This document shows positions 1 to 9,357 of a stretch of 64,000 nucleotides of DNA, one piece after another. Location of the stretch: positions 1 to 64,000 of the forward strand of contig CAVYXA010000006.1 of NCBI GenBank assembly GCA_963772365.1, in the 5' to 3' direction. This stretch comes from an uncultured Verrucomicrobiae bacterium. GTDB lineage: Bacteria > Verrucomicrobiota > Verrucomicrobiia > Chthoniobacterales > UBA10450. The notes under the pieces were generated by a model. That model did no database searches, was not told where the DNA came from, and saw nothing but the letters and a program-made list of their open reading frames with translations. Position 1 is the stretch's first letter, and each line of letters begins with the position of its first letter. The translations under genes were made by a program, and so were the position numbers.

Positions 1-87
1 GTTGTTGTTTCAAATTCGCTAACAAATGTCAATCAATTTTACGTCGCTCCAGGAGATTCGCCTCGTGATTTTGGCGAAGGTTTGAAA

Positions 88-150
88 TTGTAGGGAAAGC
101 GCGTCGCTTGCCGGACCCATGAGACGGCAAGCGACGCGCCTGCCCTACAA
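88..150. repeat. GTAG-type REP-like inverted repeat (TTGTAGGG...CCCTACAA)
   Basis: TTGTAGGGAAAGCGCGTCGCTTGCCG / CGGCAAGCGACGCGCCTGCCCTACAA arms; a related single arm lies at 57823-57852. Confidence 0.8.
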
Positions 151-164
151 CCTTGCGGAGAATT

Positions 165-220
165 TGGGTCGGCCGGGACTCGAACCCGGAACCAACCCCG
201 AAAGCGTTCGGGGCTGCTCT
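165..220 (-). repeat. 3' fragment of tRNA-Lys with anticodon arm replaced by hairpin CCCCGAAAGCGTTCGGGG
   Basis: TGGGTCGGCCGGGACTCGAACCCGGAACCAA is identical to 486-516, followed by an 18-nt hairpin, then CTGCTCT as in the tRNA. Confidence 0.9.
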
Positions 221-226
221 CTGAAA

Positions 227-475
227 TCAAACAGCGGACTGCAAGGCCAATACCGCGAGACCGGGATTCTTCTTTCGTTTCAACGCCAGCTCGAACTTTC
301 TCGCTTCGGCCATTGACGAGAATTCCTTCGAAGCGACTAGCTCAATTGCTCCACCCAGTCGACGGGTCGTATAGTTACTACCGCGCCGATGTTCTTCGAT
401 TCGACGAGCCAAGTTGTCGGTAGACCCGATGTAATGCCGGCCGGATTCGCCGCGTAACATATACACCCAAGCCAT
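227..475 (-). CDS. small stand-alone GIY-YIG nuclease
   Basis: WVYML...HYIGSTDNLARRIEEH...EARKFELALK motifs; 82 aa. Confidence 0.9.
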   Translation of the reverse strand: MAWVYMLRGESGRHYIGSTDNLARRIEEHRRGSNYTTRRLGGAIELVASKEFSSMAEARKFELALKRKKNPGLAVLALQSAV

Positions 476-485
476 AAGCGAAAAT

Positions 486-558
486 TGGGTCGGCCGGGAC
501 TCGAACCCGGAACCAACGCCTTAAAAGGGCGCTGCTCTACCGATTGAGCTACCGACCC
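486..558 (-). tRNA. tRNA-Lys(UUU), CCA not encoded
   Basis: Cloverleaf GGGTCGG/CCGACCC; anticodon arm GCGCC-CTTTTAA-GGCGT; T-loop GGTTCGAGTCC. Confidence 0.96.
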
Positions 559-588
559 GTGATTTCGATTTAGCGCATTTCTCGGTCA

Positions 589-641
589 GAACCAACCCCG
601 AAAGCTTTCGGGGCTGCTCTACCGAATTGAGCTACCGACCC
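589..641 (-). repeat. 5' fragment of tRNA-Lys with anticodon arm replaced by hairpin CCCCGAAAGCTTTCGGGG
   Basis: CTGCTCTACCGAATTGAGCTACCGACCC matches the tRNA 5' half (one extra A); 589-620 is a 31/32 direct repeat of 189-220. Confidence 0.9.
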
Positions 642-668
642 CCCGGTGGAGGTGTCACTTTCTGATGC

Positions 669-1352
669 TTGCATGATTTTTCAATATACAATGAGCGCCA
701 GCGCAAGGTGATCTCACACGAACATAAATGCATTTTTGTCGAGGTGCCCAAGACTGGGTCGACCAGTATTCGCGCGATCCTGGGAAAGGCCTGGCGGCCG
801 CATCTGAATCTGTGGCAGATCAAATTCCAGATGGAGAATTATTGGACCCGCTATGGCGGCAGGAAGAATCGGATCATGGAAGTAATTTATCTTATTTTAC
901 CAAAGGAACGTCGCCGCATAATCGGGCAAAAGCAGTTCGAGACCTATTTCAAATTCGGCCTTGTTCGAAACCCGTGGGACCGTGTGGTCTCGCTATACGA
1001 ACGCAATGAAGCCTTGCAACTCCGGAATCAAATGAGCTTCGAACAGTTCGTGGATTGGATCCAATACAGCAGCGCCACCTGCATTCATTCATCACCGCAC
1101 CGCTATCAACTGGATTGGTTTGTCGATCCTAATGGGAATCTGCTGGCCGATTTTATCGGCAAATTTGAAAGGCTTGAAGAAGACTGGGCCTTTGTGGCAC
1201 GAAAGCTCGGAGTCAGCGAGACATTGCCGCATCGCCGGGAAAATCCACGGGAACGGCATTACACGGAATATTACAATCCCCGGACACGGGACGTGATTGC
1301 CAAGAAGTTCAAGATCGACATCGATCGATTTGAATATGAGTTCGGCCGATAA
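669..1352 (+). CDS. sulfotransferase family 2 domain protein
   Basis: IFVEVPKTGSTS (5'-PSB loop) and VRNPWDRVVSLY (3'-PB); start may be near 708. Confidence 0.85.
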   Translation: MHDFSIYNERQRKVISHEHKCIFVEVPKTGSTSIRAILGKAWRPHLNLWQIKFQMENYWTRYGGRKNRIMEVIYLILPKERRRIIGQKQFETYFKFGLVRNPWDRVVSLYERNEALQLRNQMSFEQFVDWIQYSSATCIHSSPHRYQLDWFVDPNGNLLADFIGKFERLEEDWAFVARKLGVSETLPHRRENPRERHYTEYYNPRTRDVIAKKFKIDIDRFEYEFGR

Positions 1353-2126
1353 GATTCAGGCGATCGTCCTCAGCTTCGATCGACATCGCGCAATTACCGA
1401 TCACATGATCCTGCAATACGAACGGCTCTGGCCGGATCATCCATTTATTTTCATTGTTCCCTATCAGAAGCTCCAGCGATCCGACAGTGACCGTGTAAGA
1501 TACGTGAAGGCGCCCGGCGGAAAACCGTCAGATATTCCGTTTACAGTCCTGAAGCTGATTGCAGATCTCGACGATGAAGAGCTGGTTTATTGGTGCTCTG
1601 ACGACAAGTATCCGATTCAACTCATCTCCGACAAAATCGCGCGCCTGCTGAATTACATCCAGAACTCGCCAGATATTGCGGGGCTAATGTTTTGCCGTTG
1701 CCGGGCGACGCTGGACGAGCCTGAATTGACGCTTTATCCGGGCGAACGAATCACACCGGATGGCGACGTTCTGCTGGAACGCAGGGCGTGGTATCAGTTT
1801 TGGATCCATCAGTTCGTGCGTGTAAAAGTGCTTCGTCATTATTTTTCCGAACTGCCGGATCGACCTTGCCGAGCGCGAAAGCACTCGACGAATTTCGGGA
1901 AGAGATCGTAAAGCTCCCTGACCACCGATTATTTGTGACCAAGGAAAACCTCGCAGTGTTCGGCGAAAGCACGCAGCGCGGGATTATCACTCGAAATTGT
2001 TACGACAGCATCCGGCAAAGCGAACATTGCGTTGCCGGAGTGGTTTCGTCATCCCAATCGCGAACGGGTGACGCTGGGGAAATCTGTAGGATTCCGATCT
2101 ACAAGCTTTGTAGCGGCGGTCTATGA
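1336..2126 (+). CDS. hypothetical protein, possibly glycosyltransferase-like (frameshifted near 1860 and 2020)
   Basis: ORFs 1297-1911 and 1788-2126 join into one coherent protein; YWCSDDKYP motif; coupled to the upstream sulfotransferase. Confidence 0.55.
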
Positions 2127-2178
2127 CCGTCGCAAACTCCAGCGGCATGGATGGCGACGCTCACAGAGCGCGGCTACA
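2109..2178. repeat. GTAG-type REP-like element (TGTAGCGGCGGTCTATGACCGTCG family)
   Basis: Imperfect inverted repeat; related copies at 15483-15506, 27343-27418 and 34567-34590. Confidence 0.85.
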
Positions 2179-2815
2179 CCGGAACGTCGTAAAGGCGAGT
2201 ATCCAGTCTAACCAACGTGTAACCGAAACGTTCGATCTCGGCGGCGAACTTTTCTTTCACAATCTCGATTAGCTGATCGTCGTAATATTTGGAGTAATGC
2301 TGGCGGTCGGAGCGATTGTATTGCGGCAGAGGCGCTGGCGGAATGTCGATCTTGGCGCAAACAATACGGAAATCTTCCGGCAAATTCTCGAACCGCATGA
2401 TGTAATCCACATTGCCGAACGGGTCGGTTTCGTCTTTCTCCAAACGCAGATAATCCGCGAGCGATATCGCTTTCGAAACCATTTTTATGAATTCCTTCGC
2501 GGTCCCAAGCTCTGTCGTCCGGCGAGTCGGCCGAAAATAATAGGAGATCATTCGGTCCCATGGATTCCGAACACAAGTGAACTTGAAGAGCTGTCGAAAT
2601 TGTTCTTCCCCCAGTGCTGCTCGATATTCGGCGAGCGTGGAGTGTTTTTTGAGATTGTACTTCGGATTGCGCAGTCCGAAGCGTTCTACGCCATCCTGCT
2701 CGCGCCGCAGCGCCACGATTTCATCTTCGGAATAATCGCGCAGAATAGTCTGGATCGAGTTGCCGCCGGTGCGCGGCACATGAACGAAAAGAAAACGCTT
2801 TTGAAATGAGATCAT
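2174..2815 (-). CDS. sulfotransferase family 2 domain protein
   Basis: FLFVHVPRTGGNSI and VRNPWDRMISYY motifs. Confidence 0.85.
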   Translation of the reverse strand: MISFQKRFLFVHVPRTGGNSIQTILRDYSEDEIVALRREQDGVERFGLRNPKYNLKKHSTLAEYRAALGEEQFRQLFKFTCVRNPWDRMISYYFRPTRRTTELGTAKEFIKMVSKAISLADYLRLEKDETDPFGNVDYIMRFENLPEDFRIVCAKIDIPPAPLPQYNRSDRQHYSKYYDDQLIEIVKEKFAAEIERFGYTLVRLDTRLYDVPV

Positions 2816-2845
2816 GTGGCAGGCCCGTTCAAGAGCCTATTCTCA

Positions 2846-2937
2846 TGTCATGTTGAGCGAAGCGAAACATCTTTAATTATCGCTCTGGGACAGTGAATCT
2901 AAATGATCGGAGATTCTTCGCTTCGCTCAGAATGACA
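2846..2937. repeat. TGTCAT...ATGACA REP-like inverted repeat
   Basis: TGTCATGTTGAGCGAAGCGAAACATCT / AGATTCTTCGCTTCGCTCAGAATGACA; related copies at 4387-4478 and 31983-32074. Confidence 0.85.
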
Positions 2938-2956
2938 GTGACTGGATTGAGACGCT

Positions 2957-4392
2957 TCAAATCCTAAGCCTGTCCTGAGTTTTTTCCTGCCAACGGTTAA
3001 TTTCATCGCTACAGCGCGATACTACAGGCGCGTATTGTCGATCCTCGTAAAGATTTCGCGTTTCAAAAGGATCAGTCGTTCAAATTGTACAACTCGTTTA
3101 AGTCCTTATCCCGCAAGGCAAAGCTTCCAGCCATCGCTCGAAATCTCGGTGCGCGTCGATTCATCAATTGCACGCTTAATGACACGACGTGGCGCAAGCG
3201 ACGTTCCTTTCTTCACCTTGGTTCGGTTCGGCGCCCATTCGATAAAGATGCTTTCCGGCGGAGAATCTTCTCCGCGGATCAAGGGCAGCAAACTTTTGCC
3301 CTGACAGGAACTCGGTTGCGGTTTCCCGAGCAGGCTTAGCAAGGTGGGAATGAAATCGATCTGGCTTACCCGACGCGAGATCAATCTGCTTTGCCGTTGG
3401 TCGGGCAATCGAATCAGCCACGGGACGCGCACCGCTTCTTCAAACATCACTTCTTTCCCGAACAAATGATGCGCCCCCAGCATGTCGCCGTGATCGCTTG
3501 TATGCACTACGATCGTGTTGTCAGCGATGCCTGCGCGCGCGAGGCACGACAGGATTGCGCCGATGCTTCTATCGACAAGCGTTACCAATCCAAGGTAGCG
3601 CTGCTTCATTCCGCGATATTCTTCCAGGGTGATCCCAAAAAAGAATTGTGCAGGTAAACGTTTCCGGTCCCGGAGCGCTTCGGCCTGCTGCCATTCCCGC
3701 ATCAGACGATAGCGAAGCGGGATGTCGCTCTGTTCCGGCAGCGTAGCCGTTGGATCGAGATCGACTTCGCTGAGCGAATGTTCGTCATTAAATGGCCCGT
3801 TGTAGGGAGAGTGCGGTTCCTCAAACGCGACAACGAGAATGAACGGATCGCGCTTGTGGTTTTCGATAAATTCGCAGGCGTGTTTCTCGATGAATTCGGG
3901 CTTGGATAATTCGAGCGGCATATTGCTTACTGCGACAGTCGAAAACGAGCCGTCCGCTTCATCTGGGGTCATGCCCTTCGACAGCAAGAATTTGTGATAA
4001 TCGGTCCCGGGTCGATCGCGAACGGAGAGCCAATTCTCAAATCCGCGTTGCGGCGTTGTCTCATTCCCCAGATGCCATTTACCGAAATAAGCAGTGCGAT
4101 AATCACTATCGCCGACGAGCTCGGGCAGAACCCGAAACGGAATTCCGAGTTTGAGGCTGTTCCGGGTGCAACCAGTCGTATGCGGCCATAATCCGGTCAT
4201 CAGGGCCGATCGGGAAGGAACGCAGACCGGGTGCGTGACATAGGCGCGCTCAAAGACGACCGATTCAGTTGCCAGTTTCGTAAGGTTCGGCGAATGAACA
4301 TTTGTGCCGCCGAAACTGGCGATGGTGTCAGCACGCTGCTGGTCCGGCAGAAAAATGAGGAGATTTGGTTTTTGTTGTTTGCCTGTTGTCAT
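2957..4392 (-). CDS. Cys-type sulfatase (frameshifted near the C-terminus, about 3110-3070)
   Basis: CVPSRSALMTG formylglycine motif, GKWHLG, SDHGDMLG; C-terminal ELYNL...PFETRNL...DRLRI continues in other frames to a stop at 2957. Confidence 0.9.
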
Positions 4393-4478
4393 TCTGAGCG
4401 CAGCGAAGAATCTCCGATCATTTGTTCGGCCGGCGACAAGCCAACAATCGGAGATGTTTCGCTTCGCTCAACATGACA
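4387..4478. repeat. TGTCAT...ATGACA REP-like inverted repeat overlapping the sulfatase start codon
   Basis: TGTCATTCTGAGCGCAGCGAAGAATCT / AGATGTTTCGCTTCGCTCAACATGACA. Confidence 0.85.
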
Positions 4479-4596
4479 GAAACGAAAATACGCGGCCAGA
4501 GGGAAGCTGGCAGCTTCCTTTAGATTCAACCGCATGCAGGATGAAAGATAAATCTTTGCTGCGGCTGCGAAACATCAGATTTGTTTGCCAATAGCT

Positions 4597-5876
4597 ATGA
4601 GATGGATTGGAGTCTTGGTTTTTTCCCTTGGATTGGTGACCGTCGATCGATCGCGCGCGGCGGATTTTGATCTGGCGGCAAGCGCGATCAACGAACTGGC
4701 TGTCGATCTTCATCGCCAACTTGCTACAAATGATGACAATCTCTGCGTTTCGCCCTATTCCATTCAAAACGCGCTGGCCATGGCTTCCGCCGGAGCCGAC
4801 GGGGATACGCGTAGCGAGATGTCCCGCGTCTTGCATCTGCCGGATGAGGGCAATGCTATTCATGCTTCGTTCGCTTCGCTTCATCGTGCTCTTAGTGAAA
4901 TCGCCGCAAAGACCACTCAAAGTGCGAAACAATCCGGTGGACCGAGAGAACCGATTATACTGGCGGTGGCCAACCGTTTATTTGCCCAGAGCGGTTACGA
5001 TTTTCGTGATTCATTCCGTGCCCTGGTCAGGAAATTCTACGACGCACCATTGGAGCCGGTCGATTTCAAGAAAAATCCGGAGCGCGAGCGGCAACGCATC
5101 AATGAATGGGTTGCCAAACAAACGCGGGATCGGATTCGCAATTTAATCCCGGCGGGCGGCGTCACGGAAGCGACACGCCTGGTTCTGACCAACGCGATTT
5201 ATCTCAAAGCGCCCTGGGCTTCGCAATTTTCCGAGGGAGCAACCAAGCCCCGACCATTTCGTGTGCGCGGCAAAACCGTTGTCGATGTTCCGATGATGAA
5301 TGAACGCAAGAATCTTGGGTACGCGAAGCATGACGGATTTACCGTGGTCGGCGTGCCCTACACTGGTGGCGAACTTCAGTTTGTCGTCATTCTCCCTGAC
5401 AAAAACGACGGGTTGCACGCACTCGAACAGCAGGTGAACGCCGGAATGCTGGCCCAATGCGCGAAGCTTGAGGACCACGATGTCGATCTGTCGATGCCGA
5501 AATTCAAATTCGAGCCGCCAACCATCGCACTTGCCGCGACATTGAAAGCGCTGGGTATGCATTCCGCATTCGATGAACCGGCGGGCAGCGCCAATTTCGG
5601 GCGGATCGCTCCGCGAAAACCGAATGGCTACCTCTACCTTTCCCAGGTTTTTCACAAAACGTTTATCTCCGTGGATGAAAAAGGGACCGAAGCGGCTGCC
5701 GCCACAGCAGCAGCAATGGTGGCTGGCGCGCAGCGCCAGGACCCCCGCCGCCGCCACCGATCATTGTGAAAGTGGACCACCCGTTTCTTTACGCAGTTCA
5801 GCATGTTCCCAGCGGCACGTGCTTATTTCTTGGAGGTGTGACCGATCCGCGAGGAACGAGCGCTTCAGAAAAGTAA
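4597..5876 (+). CDS. secreted serpin (frameshift in the reactive-centre loop, about 5730-5760)
   Basis: SPYSI, LVLTNAIYLKAPW, hinge VDEKGTEAAAATA; C-terminal VKVDHPFLYAV...LFLGGVTDP in a shifted frame. Confidence 0.9.
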
Positions 5877-5926
5877 AAATCGATGAATTAAGTTGGCGGC
5901 TGTCACAGACGTCCTACAATGATCGC

Positions 5927-6136
5927 ATGAGTCTCTCTCCCAACGATCAAAAGGGTATCAGTGTGATCCTGCTGTACATGGCTCTTCTCTTCTTTTTGAT
6001 CGGAATGGCAGCGCGGATGAAGTCCGAGTTTCATTATCGTCAGGAAATCTCCGCTACCAGCCTCACCACGGCGGGAGTTCTTGTCGCCTTGGCTGTGATT
6101 ATCTTTCTATTCGCTAGAAGAAAGAAACAGCAATAG
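5927..6136 (+). CDS. small membrane protein (two TM helices)
   Basis: Two hydrophobic segments and a basic tail RRKKQQ. Confidence 0.55.
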   Translation: MSLSPNDQKGISVILLYMALLFFLIGMAARMKSEFHYRQEISATSLTTAGVLVALAVIIFLFARRKKQQ

Positions 6137-6168
6137 GCCCGGCTTTCGCAAAGACCGTGGAGTTTAGC

Positions 6169-6210
6169 AAAAAAAATCGGCGGCAACCGGGTTGCGATTC
6201 GCCGCCGATT
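6169..6210 (-). terminator. intrinsic terminator
   Basis: AATCGGCGGC/GCCGCCGATT stem followed by a T-tract on the minus strand. Confidence 0.7.
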
Positions 6211-6228
6211 CTTCGATGACTGTCGATC

Positions 6229-6612
6229 TTATTCGTCCATTGCGTCATGCATCTTTTTTCGAGCATCACGCATTTCCTGATGGGCCGTCTTCAGATCGTC
6301 GAGCTTCTTTTGCTGTTCAGGAGTAAGCAGCGGTCGAATCTTGGACATGGTGTCGTCCATGACGGCATGCGTCTTCTGCATTGCCTCCTGATGGATCGCA
6401 GTGATCTGGGGTTTGGCCTGATCGATGATCGGCTGGACCTTGGCCTGTTGATCGGCCGTCAGGTCGAGCGTTTGGGTCAAGTGCTCGAGACCAAACGTGC
6501 CTCGGTGTCCATGCCAGCCACCGCCACGATGACCGGGATTTGCCTGCACCAGGGCAAGACCGCCCAGCGCGATGGCTGCAGCGGCGGCAAGTGTAAGTAG
6601 GTTTCGTTTCAT
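6229..6612 (-). CDS. periplasmic Spy/CpxP-like (LTxxQ) protein
   Basis: Signal peptide; LTADQQ and LTPEQQ motifs. Confidence 0.8.
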   Translation of the reverse strand: MKRNLLTLAAAAAIALGGLALVQANPGHRGGGWHGHRGTFGLEHLTQTLDLTADQQAKVQPIIDQAKPQITAIHQEAMQKTHAVMDDTMSKIRPLLTPEQQKKLDDLKTAHQEMRDARKKMHDAMDE

Positions 6613-6670
6613 AGTTTGGTTTGTTTGTTTTTCTTTGAGCTCCGAACCATTTCGGGCTCGTTATAGCTGA

Positions 6671-6698
6671 TGACCGCGCGGCGGAGTTGTGGGTTACA
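6671..6698 (-). promoter_or_regulatory. putative ECF-sigma promoter TGTAAC-N16-CGGTCA
   Basis: Mirror of the plus-strand motif; upstream of the Spy/CpxP-like gene. Confidence 0.65.
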
Positions 6699-6704
6699 AA
6701 AAAA

Positions 6705-6732
6705 TGTAACCGCAACGCGTTCAGGCCGGTCT
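6705..6732 (+). promoter_or_regulatory. putative ECF-sigma autoregulatory promoter TGTAAC-N16-CGGTCT
   Basis: AAC -35 and GTC -10 pattern just upstream of the ECF sigma gene. Confidence 0.65.
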
Positions 6733-6763
6733 TGGTCAATAGTGTGGATGCGCTCTCGAATAC

Positions 6764-7336
6764 ATGGAAAATTCTGATGCCAGCGCGCTGGTGGAAGCCG
6801 CGTTGCGGCATGATGACGAAGCGGCTCGCGAGCTGGTTCGCCAGTTATATCCACTTGTGGCGAAAATGGTCCGCTCCCATCGGCCACGACGAACTTCTGA
6901 GGAGGATCTTTGCCAGATGATTTTTATTCGAATGTTCCAAAAACTGGACCAGTTTTCCGGGAAAGTGCCGCTCGAGCATTGGGTTTCGCGGATTGCGGTT
7001 AACACCTGCCTCAATCAAATCGAGGCCGAAAAAGTCCGCCCGGAATTGCGCCACGCCGATCTGACGGAGGAAGAACAGGCCGTCGTCGAAAATTTAAGTG
7101 CATCCCAAAACGAACTGGGACCCGACCGGAAGCTGGCTTCGCGGCAACTCGTCGAGCATTTAATGGATCTCTTGAAACCGGCGGAGCGATTGGTCATCGA
7201 TTTGCTTTACTTGCAGGGACGTTCTGTTGAAGAAATTCGAAACCTTACCGGCTTGAGTACCTCATTGATCAAAGTGCGGGCGTTTCGGGCACGGCGGAAG
7301 ATGAAGGCGCAATTTGAAAAAATTTCGGCGAAATAA
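6764..7336 (+). CDS. ECF RNA polymerase sigma factor
   Basis: Region 2 (EDLCQMIFIRMF, WVSRIAVNTC) and region 4 HTH (SVEEI...IKVRAFRAR). Confidence 0.9.
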   Translation: MENSDASALVEAALRHDDEAARELVRQLYPLVAKMVRSHRPRRTSEEDLCQMIFIRMFQKLDQFSGKVPLEHWVSRIAVNTCLNQIEAEKVRPELRHADLTEEEQAVVENLSASQNELGPDRKLASRQLVEHLMDLLKPAERLVIDLLYLQGRSVEEIRNLTGLSTSLIKVRAFRARRKMKAQFEKISAK

Positions 7337-7341
7337 CGTTT

Positions 7342-7638
7342 ATGAAGGAACCTCTGGATCGACTCTTTCGGTCGGCGGCAAAAGCGCGCGATGAAGCTCC
7401 GGTCTCGGCGCCATTTGGCTTCGACACGCGCGTAGTTGCTTTGTGGAGGTCCGGGCAACCGAATGGCGACAAAGGCCTTGGCCGTTTGCTACGAAGTGTT
7501 CTGGCAGTCTCTATCGCCGTGATCGTGCTGTCTTCATCGGCAATCGTTTACGAAATCAGTCAGGAACGCGAAAACAGCGAATCATTCAGTAATGCATTTG
7601 CCATCGCGGATTCCGCGATTCAATCCGAAGTTCCGTAA
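7342..7638 (+). CDS. putative membrane anti-sigma factor
   Basis: Single TM helix and PFGFDTRV motif; directly follows the ECF sigma gene. Confidence 0.6.
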   Translation: MKEPLDRLFRSAAKARDEAPVSAPFGFDTRVVALWRSGQPNGDKGLGRLLRSVLAVSIAVIVLSSSAIVYEISQERENSESFSNAFAIADSAIQSEVP

Positions 7639-8079
7639 ATGAACCGCGCGTTGCACTGGAAATTGATAGCCGGGTTCCTCCTGGTGTTTATCGCTGGCGG
7701 CACCACAGGAGCATTCTTTGGTGCTGCTCATGCGCGTCATGAATTTTTCGAGCCGCCTCGGCGCGGATTAATTAGCGAGCGAATGCGGGAACATTTGCGC
7801 AGAGATCTGGATTTAACGCCCGAGCAAGTCGCGAAGATCTCGCCGATCATCGACAAAACAGCCGCTGAGCTGGAGAAAATCAGACAGGACACAGGTCAGC
7901 GCGTGCGCGAACTTATAACCAAATCGCATCAGGAAATCGCCGCCAATCTCACGGAGCCGCAGCGGGCCAGGTTGAAACAAATCGAAGCGCACTACCGCCA
8001 CTGGCACCATCATCACCGGCATGGGCGCAGGCGATGGCATTCGCCGCCACCGCCTGACCGACCGGATGCAACTCCGTAG
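7639..8079 (+). CDS. membrane-anchored LTxxQ (Spy/CpxP/ZraP-like) protein with His-rich tail
   Basis: N-terminal TM, LDLTPEQ and LTEPQ motifs, HWHHHHRH tail. Confidence 0.7.
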   Translation: MNRALHWKLIAGFLLVFIAGGTTGAFFGAAHARHEFFEPPRRGLISERMREHLRRDLDLTPEQVAKISPIIDKTAAELEKIRQDTGQRVRELITKSHQEIAANLTEPQRARLKQIEAHYRHWHHHHRHGRRRWHSPPPPDRPDATP

Positions 8080-8115
8080 CGGCAATTGTTCTGCGCGATT
8101 CCGGACCTGACCCCG

Positions 8116-8289
8116 CTACAGCACTTTCTTCCCCGCGGCGATTCCAGCGATCAAAAAGATCAGGAACAACACCACGAAAAGAAAGAACAGAAACTTCGCG
8201 ATGCCAGCAGCCGCAGCCGCAATACCGCCAAAACCAAAGATCGCAGCCACGATTGCAATCACTAAAAAAACAACAGCCCAATATAACAT
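8116..8289 (-). CDS. DUF1328 (YtjA-like) small membrane protein, 57 aa
   Basis: Translated by hand: [38 protein letters not shown]...; AAGGAGGT RBS; below the ORF-track cutoff. Confidence 0.9.
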   Translation of the reverse strand: MLYWAVVFLVIAIVAAIFGFGGIAAAAAGIAKFLFFLFVVLFLIFLIAGIAAGKKVL

Positions 8290-8349
8290 TTTGATTTACC
8301 TCCTTGTAATTCAATTCGTATCTGAGATTGAAGCCGCGCGTGGCAATTG

Positions 8350-9357
8350 CTACAGAATCCCGGCGATCTCCCGCAGTAATCCCGGCCCTCGATAAACGAG
8401 GCCTGTGTAAATCTGTATAAGCTGCGCGCCGGCTTGGAATTTTTCGCGGGCGGATTCCGCGTCAAAAATTCCACCGCAGGCGATGATGGGGATTGTCGAT
8501 CTTGCGGCGATCATACGCACCAGTTCGGTTGATTTCGCACGTAACGGCGGCCCGCTCAATCCGCCGGTTTGATCGCGATCCTTCGGGATTGTCGAATGAT
8601 CGAGGGTGGTGTTCGTGGCGATGATCGCCGCGACTTTATTCTGTTCGCAAGTTGTGATGACTTCTTCGACCTGTTCGCGAGTAAGATCGGGCGAGATTTT
8701 CACGACAATTGGCTTCGACGCCCGATTTTCCCGATCGATTTCGCGCAACAAGATCGACAAGGATTCCTCTTCCTGGAGCGTGCGCAACCCCGGCGTATTC
8801 GGCGAACTCACATTGAGCACGATGTAATTGGCAAAATTTTTCAAGCGCCGAAACGAATGGAGATAATCCGCCGGTGCTTGATCGATGGGCGTTAACTTCG
8901 ACTTCCCAATGTTGATGCCGACCGGGACCCGCGGCCAGCCCCCGCTTTCGCGCAATTTGCGTAAGCGATTTGCGACAATGTCCGCCCCGTCATTATTGAA
9001 CCCCAGTCGATTGATCAATGCTTGCTGCCCCGGATAACGAAATATCCGCGGACGCGGATTTCCCGTCTGTTGCCTGGCCGTTACTGTGCCGATCTCGATG
9101 AACCCAAATCCGAGCGCCGCCCAGGCGGATAAAGCTACGCCATTCTTGTCGAAACCGGCGGCCAAGCCTATCGGGTTGGGGAAAGTAAGGCCGAAGAGCG
9201 TTTTCGGTTTCGGTTTAGGTTGAAGTAACTTCAGGGTGCGCAGGAGAATACCGACATCCGAAGCGGCGCGCAGGAAACGTAACGCAAAATCGTGTGCGCT
9301 CTCGGCATCGGACAGAAAAAGCAGCGGACGCACAAAGCGTTCGTACGCATTTTTCAT
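8350..9357 (-). CDS. pyrD: quinone-dependent dihydroorotate dehydrogenase
   Basis: GLAAGFDKN, NVSSPNTPGLR, GGLSG. Confidence 0.95.
   Translation of the reverse strand: MKNAYERFVRPLLFLSDAESAHDFALRFLRAASDVGILLRTLKLLQPKPKPKTLFGLTFPNPIGLAAGFDKNGVALSAWAALGFGFIEIGTVTARQQTGNPRPRIFRYPGQQALINRLGFNNDGADIVANRLRKLRESGGWPRVPVGINIGKSKLTPIDQAPADYLHSFRRLKNFANYIVLNVSSPNTPGLRTLQEEESLSILLREIDRENRASKPIVVKISPDLTREQVEEVITTCEQNKVAAIIATNTTLDHSTIPKDRDQTGGLSGPPLRAKSTELVRMIAARSTIPIIACGGIFDAESAREKFQAGAQLIQIYTGLVYRGPGLLREIAGIL

Noticed and set aside
165..641. tRNA-derived repeats as a CRISPR array or tRNA intron
   Set aside because: Only two or three unevenly sized copies, no spacer regularity, no cas genes and no group I/II intron core.
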